Shown here: positions 55,401 to 64,000 of the stretch, piece after piece
Layout of the letters: each line of letters starts with the position of its first letter
How positions within the stretch are numbered: the stretch's first letter is position 1
NCBI RefSeq assembly: GCF_964355755.1
Contig: NC_092679.1
Location: 24,039,432-24,103,431, forward strand
Length of the DNA stretch: 64,000 nt
Direction of reading: 5' to 3'
DNA from: Antedon mediterranea
Taxonomy: Eukaryota > Animalia > Echinodermata
Notes under the pieces: model-generated
Told to the model about the DNA's origin: nothing
The model's database searches: none
What the model saw: only the letters and a program-made list of their open reading frames with translations
Program-made: the position numbers and the translations under genes

Positions 55401-58400
55401 AACAGAATGGGTGGACAGTATGTTGGGAGGGACATTCTGTGTTTAGGGCATGGTTCACAGACTAATACATAAATGCACAGTAGGCCATATTATATCTATC
55501 TCTCTAACTTTGGTGGATACAGTAGGAACCAATTGGTTTTCTGATACTATTGTGTTTTAAAACTAAATTAAAAAAAATCTGATGATTGAGGTTAAATTAT
55601 ATACTATAGTAGTAATAAAGCAAATTGTTCAAATATCTGTCTTGTGACCTGTAAGTAATATCAAATAAAATGTCAACATTGGCTGTGAAGTGACCATTGT
55701 TCAAAACCACTAATAAATAACTCTGTGTCTGTTCAAAAGTGAATAAAATGCTTTACTGTGCAATGCTTTAACATGTGTGTCAAGTACAGTACAGTACACT
55801 GATATTGAATTAAATTTATTTTGGATTTACAGTATTACTATTAGATACATTAAGTGTACAGTAAAAATAAAGTTTTTTTTTAAATGTTGATGTTTAAACC
55901 TGAATTAAATAAATACAAATGATTCACATGACTAGCAAACAAAACCTGTACTGTACTTGCAAATACTGTACCACCAATGAATCATCTCTAGTGTACAACC
56001 CTCATCACACCTTTATCATAATCACTATTTATTATTAATACACAATGTTGATAACTTATCAAGAATCTACTACATTTAAAGTGCTACATTTATTTTTTAT
56101 CATGTGACCAAGTCCAATCAAATGACATTCTTAGGTGTACAGTGTATAGTTGTTATAGTATTGGTCCTGTATACTCCTATACTAAACATTAATACTTAGA
56201 TGTTTTACACTGTGTTTTACACTGTGTTTTACTGTTTGAACTATGAAAAAGATAAACCTCAAACTTGCATTTAGTGTGTAAACATACCTTCTTGAAATTG
56301 TGGTTTTCAAAATGTCCTAAATAGAATGAATGGTAGGTTAAATACAGGTTAGGTATCCAATTGATTTGAAGGAGTGCGTGAGTCATTAGTTCCACACAAT
56401 AGGTTGTTAGTCATTTTCATATTGTCTGATAAATATGGGATGTACAATACAGTATACTTTACAATACATACACAGCATTTAATTATACTTTTAATTATAC
56501 GCTTTTCTGTTGCTAATAGCTACCAAAATGCAGCTTTCAAGAACCGCATTCAATATCATTAATCAGTAATTGCATGTATTATTTAAAGGACTATTTTTCT
56601 ATACATTACTGTACGTGTCAAAATGATAAAAATGATCTATCTAAAAAACACACCTAAAAAATGAGATTTCCTATGGTGGTGTTTATGTTTAAGAATCCGG
56701 TTAAACAAAAGGGTTTAAAATCCACATACGCAACTGTACATTAAAGATTACAGAATCACTTTAGGATCAGCTGTACCGTAACATTTAAACACATACCAGT
56801 TTAAAAAACTTATTGGGCATGTATTCAAATTAACAGTGTTTTTTAACCTTCTTTTTTTATTGTCTTCAAATGGAGTAATCACATGATATTCTAGGATCAC
56901 ACTAATCATAAAATTTTCTTTAGCCAATACTACTTTTAGCCAGAATTAAAAAAACTGTCAAAAAACAACAAAATTATCATATAAAAACTGTTTGTGCTAT
57001 GCCAGTATTTTAGTAGTTTGAGATTTACATTATTTCTGAGGTTTAATTGTCAATATAATAATAAGATCTTATTGCCACCGAGTGTAGCCCTAATCAACAG
57101 GCGCGTCACCCATGATGTGGCCCTAATCAACAGGCGCGTCACCCATGATGTGGCCCTAATCAACAGGCACGTCACCCATGATGTGGCCCTAATCAACAGG
57201 CACGTCACCCATGATGTGGCCTCTCATCAACAGGCACGTCACCCATGATGTGGCCTCTCATCAACAGGCGCGTCACCCATGATGTGGCCCTAATCAACAG
57301 GCGCGTCACCCATGATGTGGCCTCTCATCAATAGGCGCGTCACCCATGATGGGGCCCTAATCAACAGGCGCGTCATCCATGATGTGGCCTCTCATCAACA
57401 GGCGCGTCACCCTTGGTGTGGCCTCTCATCGTGATTCCTCATTAATGACCGCTCTAAGCATACTGGTCGTTGTCGTGGATTGATTAATACAATTGTGAAA
57501 TCATTGACAATAAGTAGCATACGACATCATAATATACTGTTAGTGTTTACATTTTTGTTTTCAATCTACTTGTATCTGTCTTTTTAATAGTGTACTGTAC
57601 CCATCAGAGCTTGTAGAGCTTAGGATAGCTTGGGCCTTAAACATCTGGTGTACAGTAGCCAGCACAGTTTAGAAACCTGCAATACTTTGAATAATAGATA
57701 CTTTCCATAGGTTATGAGTAAGCTCTGAACAAACAAAGAAATCTTTGTTTACAGTTTTACATTTTTCAATTTTATAGACTAACTGTCATTTTCTGATGCC
57801 AAAATATAACCGATTAATATAATAATTACTAGTACTCAATTGAATAGTCAGCAGTAAACAAGATAGCTTTCATTAACCAGAATGGCATGAAAATAATGGA
57901 AATGACAAATAATATTTTAATAACAATAATTGTCGGCTACTGTAGGATTTTGTATGTTTGAATGGCTGAGTGCAATGCATTGTGGGTATTATAACGTTTT
58001 TCATTGATGACCACTTTTGAATTTGATGTAAACAGTTTTGTGGAAGCACAAATTTAGCAGAAATGCAGTAAAAAAAGATATTTTAAGTATATTTTTTGAA
58101 TAAACAGTTTAGTCGATGCTACAGTATGCAGCAGAAATAGACCCTGGTTACCTTTGAAGACATGTGTACTGTATTTTAATATTCTTTTCAAACATCACAT
58201 TGTAGTTTGTACTGTTGTACATCCCATTGTCTGCAGTATTAATAAACTTAATTTAAAGTTCTTTAAGTTTTGTCCAAACATTGTAAAAACAAGCAACACA
58301 GAAGAGTGTGTATTATAGGAGATACATTGCATCAATGAACAATTAATCAATGACCACACCCATATTATCATTCTATAATGTTTGCTTTGGGTAAAGAGCT

Positions 58401-59112
58401 GAAGAGCCCATACATACAGTAGTACTGTTATACTACTGTACACTACTGTACCTGTGTATTAAAAGCCTTTCACACAGAAATTGTGTCGTAGGACAGTAAA
58501 ACTGTACAGTAGTTAGGTTTTTTGACTTGAATGATAAACCTGAATTCTTTCAACCAGCACAAGTTGAAATGCTACAGATCCTAAAACAACTGTTGAAAAT
58601 AAAAATAGACAGTAAAGGAAAGATTACTGTTGGTGGGGGAAGTGGAGATTAAGGGGATGATGACACTGGTGATCCAAGCCAATACTTATATTCAATACTT
58701 ATTATCTACTTTTTTTTTTAAATTCAAAGTAAAAGTCAAGAGATACTAGAAACCCATAAATACTGACTTAACATAATCTTTAAAAAATAGACATATTTTT
58801 AGGGTTCTTCTTGCCTAGCTTTAACCTGGATAAACTGACATTAACCTATCTCTCCAAATTTGAGAGAACAAATATTAAAAGATGCAGACTAATTCATTGA
58901 AACACCCCTCTTTTGAAATGAGTCCGCAAATTAACATTTTTTATTTCATATTTCAGGGGATGACTTTACTATCATACAACAGGAGATACTTATGATGAAA
59001 GACTGTAAACATGAAAACATTGTTGGCTATTTTGGAAGTTATCTACGTCGGGATAAACTATGGATTGCAATGGAATATTGTGGAGGTGGCTCTTTACAAG
59101 ACATTTACCATC
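43481..59112 (+). CDS. MAP4K3: MAP4K3/MAP4K5-like (GCK-I, happyhour-type) STE20 kinase, first three coding exons; the gene continues beyond the window
   Basis: Exons 43481-43582 ([34 protein letters not shown]), 54618-54675 ([19 protein letters not shown]) and 58957-59112 ([52 protein letters not shown]), all GT-AG and in phase. Likely pro-ortholog of MAP4K1/2/3/5, so the symbol is approximate. Confidence 0.93.
45049..46937. mobile_element. Non-autonomous hAT-like DNA transposon, 1.9 kb
   Basis: Perfect 16-bp TIR CAGGGCTCGCAGAATC / GATTCTGCGAGCCCTG; subterminal GGGCAA/TTGCCC repeats; flanked by AACTA on both sides. Confidence 0.85.
51216..53841. mobile_element. Non-autonomous TIR DNA transposon, 2.6 kb (Academ-like TAG..CTA ends, or GG..CC ends with a TA TSD)
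   Basis: Perfect 17-bp IR TAGGTATCCCAATGAAA / TTTCATTGGGATACCTA; inserted in a Harbinger MITE. Superfamily uncertain. Confidence 0.75.
52067..52732. mobile_element. Tc1/mariner/pogo-type MITE nested in the 2.6-kb element
   Basis: TIR CCGTACTGACGCGGGTATAAGCCCA / TGGGCTTATACCCGCGTCAGTACGG, TA TSD, and repeated GGGCTTATACCCG subterminal motifs. Confidence 0.9.
57086..57430. repeat. Minisatellite, 33-34 bp x ~10
   Basis: Unit GCC(CTA/TCTC)ATCAACAGGC(G/A)CGTCACCCATGATGTG. Confidence 0.95.
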
Positions 59113-59213
59113 GTAAGTTCTACAGCAAACATTCTGCTCAGATGGTTAAATATCATTGTAGTAATGATGATAATTACACCTTATTTCCACTTCCACTACT
59201 CTGTGCTAACTAA

Positions 59214-59612
59214 CTGGCTACCCAACCAAACACCAAAGTTAGCAATTGTAGTAGTGAGGTCGCCCCAATCCTGGCTACCCAACCAAACACCAAAGTTAGC
59301 GATTGTAGTAGTGAGGTCGCCCCAATCCTGGCTACCCAACCAAACACCAAAGTTAGCGATTGTAGTAGTGAGATCGCCCCAATCCTGGCTACCCAACCAA
59401 ACACCAAAGTTAGCGATTGTAGTAGTGAGGTCGCCCCAATCCTGGCTACCCAACCAAACACCAAAGTTAGCGATTGTAGTAGTGAGGTCGCCCCAATCCT
59501 GGCTACCCAACCAAACACCAAAGTTAGCGATTGTAGTAGTGAGGTCGCCCCAATCCTGGCTACCCAACCAAACACCAAAGTTAGCGATTGTAGTAGTGAG
59601 GTCGCCCCAATC
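59214..59612. repeat. Minisatellite, 57 bp x 7
   Basis: Unit CTGGCTACCCAACCAAACACCAAAGTTAGCGATTGTAGTAGTGAGGTCGCCCCAATC. Confidence 0.97.
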
Positions 59613-62600
59613 CCGTCAGACAATATTGTATCAATGTTAGTTGCAATATAAACCTGCATCTTCAAATGTATTTATTCATAATATTTTATTGGACTGTACA
59701 GTTTACAGTAACTTCAAAGTGTATCATGAGAATTGATACACTGTTCTTCCAAAGTCTCTGTAATTAAATGATAGAACAGGCAGCTTCTGTCAAGTTATAT
59801 TTAATATCTCATTGATATTAAATTGATTGATGATATTGTGCACAGTGAGTTACTGCATTGTACATGCTGGCTACCAAGAAATTGCCAAGTAGTTGACATG
59901 CCTCCATTGTGAGCATTGCGGTTTGGGTTTGTGTGTATCTAAGAAAGTAATGTATGATAGGCCTACAGTAAGTTGTAACTAATACAAATAATATTGCAAT
60001 GATTGGTCAGTTTAATACCAGGGCAATACATGCACGCTCAGTAACAACTCGGGACAAAAACAGTACACTCTCACTGTGTGTTTTCTCTAGATAGATTCCC
60101 CTGTGATTGTGAAATGTTGGGAGATTTTCCACTTTCCACAAAATTGTCTTCACACTATGCAAACCTGGTTACGGTATAAGTATCGGTCACAACCCTGGAA
60201 ATTTATCAGGATTGAACCCTGAACCCTTCCAAGACACAGTACTGTATGTTGTAGTACTGTACATAGACCCCTGAGGTCACTTATTGAGACTCAAGATGAC
60301 TACACTATTATGATTCCTTTGAACTGGGTCATTTCATCTCTAATTCTTTGCAACTGAATATTAAGGAAATTTATTTTCCAGCTTTCAATCGTAATGTCTA
60401 ACAATAGTAATTAGTTTCCTTAGTTTTAATTGTGCTTTTTTAAAAACAAAAACTGTTAGAATCCTTGAACCATTATAAGGCCTAAAAAAATTGAGTTTTT
60501 ATATGGTATTTATTCAGATTTTTAGTTTAATTTGTGTTAACGATGATCATTTTGATACTCTTCCTAAAAAATGGGACCTAAAAGGTAAAAAAAAAAAATA
60601 AAATAAAATGGAATCACTCATCGTGCATGCAAAATTCAACAACAAAAATTAATGTTCAATTACCCCACTTCCCCTTCCCATCTAAAAAAATAACAAAAAA
60701 AGCTGACCCTACATTTGAACCAATTTGGACAACAATATCGTTTCACTTTAAACATGATATAATTGATAAGATCAATCAAGCATACAGTAGTTTGCTTTTT
60801 TCCAAGTCAAATTTATTCTTTTCTAACCCATGTGATTAAGAATACGGTAGAAATGCTGAATTTGATCAGTGGCTTGTGCTATATCACAATATCAGTCTGA
60901 ACAGAGCTTAAAATATAAGCTTTTGATTTATTAAAAATAGATTGTCAATACAAATGCAATTGTATGTACAGTATGTAGTACTATTGAAACTAACCAATAC
61001 ACAAAGGTGGTTCATGTAAAAGTAAGGTGACATTCAATTATTTGTTGAAGACATGTTGACAGTTCTAGAGCTTAAAATAAGCAATGACATTTTGCACATG
61101 TGTGACAATACTGTTAATAAGTCATGCGCAAAATTGTTGTCTTAAACAATGTTAGAATTCAACAAAAATTTATAATATTATTTGAGACTAAAATGGTAGC
61201 TCAAAATGAATAGTAGATCGTTGTAGGGTTAAAAAATATATTTCTCCTTTATCATTTCACAGGAAACTAGACTAGATTTCTTTAATATTTAAAATACTGT
61301 AGCATCTTTTTTTCCCTGTCAGGCCATCTTCCTATCCATATATACCCCCTTTCACCACTTCACACTACTCTCTCTCATACGTACAGTACTGTATGACATG
61401 TACTGTAGCTGTACCGTCTATACAGTATAGTAAAACTTTGTTTCCCATGCGGACACAATGCAAAGATGTACACATGCATGCAATTGTCACTGGGGCTTAA
61501 CATATACTGTACATCTGACCATTGCATCCAAGCTTTCATTTAATTGATATTAATGCACTCATCACACCTCACACCGTTAAATACCTGGACACTCACTTAG
61601 ACTGTAAGTATAGTTACAGTGTATTTTTTTTTATCAGCAATCAAAGGGAATACCCAACTGTTAGGCTGGCTTCCTCAATGCAAATCACTAAACTCTTGCA
61701 GGAAAGATTCAATTATATTCCTCTTGTCGCCTATCCATCCAAACCGCAACAATTTCACTTTTCTTTTTACTCTAGTTTAAAAGTTACAGTTCGGCGATCA
61801 TACAGAAAATTTGTTAAAACAATTTAGAAAATTTAAATGATGGTGTCAAATAAAAAACTAATTTGAAAAGAGGCGTTTGAAATATTTAATGTTTTCTATT
61901 GATTCTGCCAAATACCGTCAAAGGTGGAAGAACTTGATGCACTACACTGAACCTCATCTACTGTACTACGCCCTACGATCTTCTAGGTCACGGGACAACT
62001 AGAACTAGATCATAGCTTTTATAATGAGATAGTACAGTAGGCGAAGGACGAATGTTGAGTCGACCGTAGTGATACGGTAATGAATAAAATGGTGTACATA
62101 ATGTCATTTCATGTTTCGGAAGAGTAGGGGGTTACCCCTGGGGTACTGGTTTATCTCGGCCCCTGTGGATTGCAATCGACATGAAACGTCATTGGGTGGC
62201 AGCAACACAAAGGGACCATTAAAGGTGAAAAATAGTGTCGTTTAATACAATATTTACAAATTTAGGAACAGTATAACAATATGAATTTCTAACAATGTTT
62301 GAAATTATAAAGCATAATTATTTATAACATACTTTAGGTGAAGACAATGTAGAAAATTTTTAAATTGGCACCAACAATTTTAAAAATTTTTATTTTACTT
62401 TTAGGTGCTCTAAACACACACACACACACACAGTACAGTATATTGAAATGTTCTACTGTGAATGTGTGTTTGGAATATTCCATTATTTTCGTCCAGACCA
62501 AAATGTGGGGTTCATCTCAAAAGTTTGATTTTCTGAAAAAACTGACATAATCAATTTAAGGAACTACTCAGAAATTAGATACTAACTTAGATACTACAGT

Positions 62601-62889
62601 AATTATTAAATAATAATAATAATAATATTTATTCGGCAAAAGTTTATAAAAGTACATTTCACAATTCATCTTGCCAGGAGCAAGTAATAGGCATGAGCCC
62701 AAACAGAAAACTGCTCTTAATCCATCATTACTTATAAAATACAAAAATAACAAAACTAAAATAACTAAACTAAGTAGCACAAGTTAAAAAACAAAACAAA
62801 ACAAAGTTATAATGAGATACACCAATTAAAAACAAGCTGCATTGAATGAACAATATAAACAATTACAACTTAATATTTTGAGATCAAAT

Positions 62890-62963
62890 GTTTGGTGAAA
62901 TACTGTAGTTTGGTGAAATAGTTTGGTGAAATAGTTTGGTGAAATAGTTTGGTGAAATAGTTT
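62890..62963. repeat. 13-bp repeat x ~5
   Basis: Unit GTTTGGTGAAATA. Confidence 0.9.
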
Positions 62964-63218
62964 CAATAAACATTTGCTTCAATTATAGTTTGAATACTTT
63001 TGTTATGGTTATGAAAATAGAAGGAAAATGTTGTTAATTTTGTTTTATAAATGATGATATATTATTTATTTACTTGAATATAGTACAAGACTAGCAAACT
63101 TGAGTTTAACACTAAATGTCAATTCAATGATAAAAAGTTAGCAGTTAACCAGTTACAATCTGTTAAAATCAGTTATAAAACAGCAGTTACAACAGGGATA
63201 TAGCTGTCAAAGAGTTAT

Positions 63219-64000
63219 GATGTCCAATGTTATTAGGGTTGGTGGAGATGTCCAATGTTATTAGGGTTGGTGGAGATGTCCAATGTTCTTAGGGTTGGTA
63301 GAGATGTCCAATGTTATTAGGGTTGGTGGAGATGTCCAATGTTATTAGGGTTGGTAGAGATGTCCAATGTTATTAGGGTTGGTGGGGATGTCCAATGTTA
63401 TTAGGGTTGGTGGAGATGTCCAATGTTATTAGGGTTGGTGGAGATGTCCAATGTTATTAGGGTTGGTGGAGATGTCCAATGTTATTAGGGTTGGTGGAGA
63501 TGTCCAATTGTTATTAGGGTTGGTAGAGATGTCCAATGTTATTAGGGTTGGTGGAGATGTCCAATGTTATTAGGGTTGGTGGAGATGTCCAATGTTATTA
63601 GGGTTGGTGGAGATGTCCAATGTTATTAGGGTTGGTAGAGATGTCCAATGTTATTAGGGTTGGTGGAGATGTCCAATGTTATTAGGGTTGGTGGAGATGT
63701 CCAATGTTATTAGGGTTGGTAGAGATGTCCAATGTTATTAGGGTTGGTGGAGATGTCCAATGTTATTAGGGTTGGTGGAGATGTCCAATGTTATTAGGGT
63801 TGGTGGAGATGTCCAATGTTATTAGGGTTGGTAGAGATGTCCAATGTTATTAGGGTTGGTGGGGATGTCCAATGTTATTAGGGTTGGTGGAGATGTCCAA
63901 TGTTATTAGGGTTGGTGGAGATGTCCAATGTTATTAGGGTTGGTGGAGATGTCCAATGTTATTAGGGTTGGTGGAGATGTCCAATTGTTATTAGGGTTGG
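63219..64000. repeat. Minisatellite, 28 bp x >=28, running off the window
   Basis: Unit GATGTCCAATGTTATTAGGGTTGGTGGA. Confidence 0.98.

Noticed and set aside
63219-64000. Telomere or interstitial telomeric array
   Set aside because: TTAGGG occurs singly in a 28-bp unit, not as (TTAGGG)n, and lies in an intron of an unfinished gene.

Overview
AT-rich animal genomic DNA with spliceosomal introns. Gene content and repeat types suggest a marine invertebrate, possibly a deuterostome; that assignment is inference. Four genes are present: an intronless INSM (SNAG + zinc finger, minus strand), ESF1 (plus, 9 coding exons), NDUFAF7 (minus, 11 exons) and the first three exons of a MAP4K3/5-type kinase (plus). 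Around them lie MITEs, Deu/Nin-type SINEs, LINE tails, a Helentron-like element carrying two tRNA-Val copies, and about a dozen minisatellites. The best candidate for an undescribed system is a dispersed array of roughly 50-90 nt stem-loops in ESF1 introns 3-8. Their G-U pairs work only on the ESF1 sense strand. The array includes tandem-duplicated hairpins, one compensatory substitution, and several 3' arms starting (U/A)AUUG, so it may be an intronic miRNA-like or other small-RNA cluster. The hairpins were paired by eye; no folding energies or database searches were run. Other highlights are two retro-insertions whose 5' junctions carry ~190-200 bp inverted copies of neighbouring DNA, and an in-frame triplicated splice donor in NDUFAF7.
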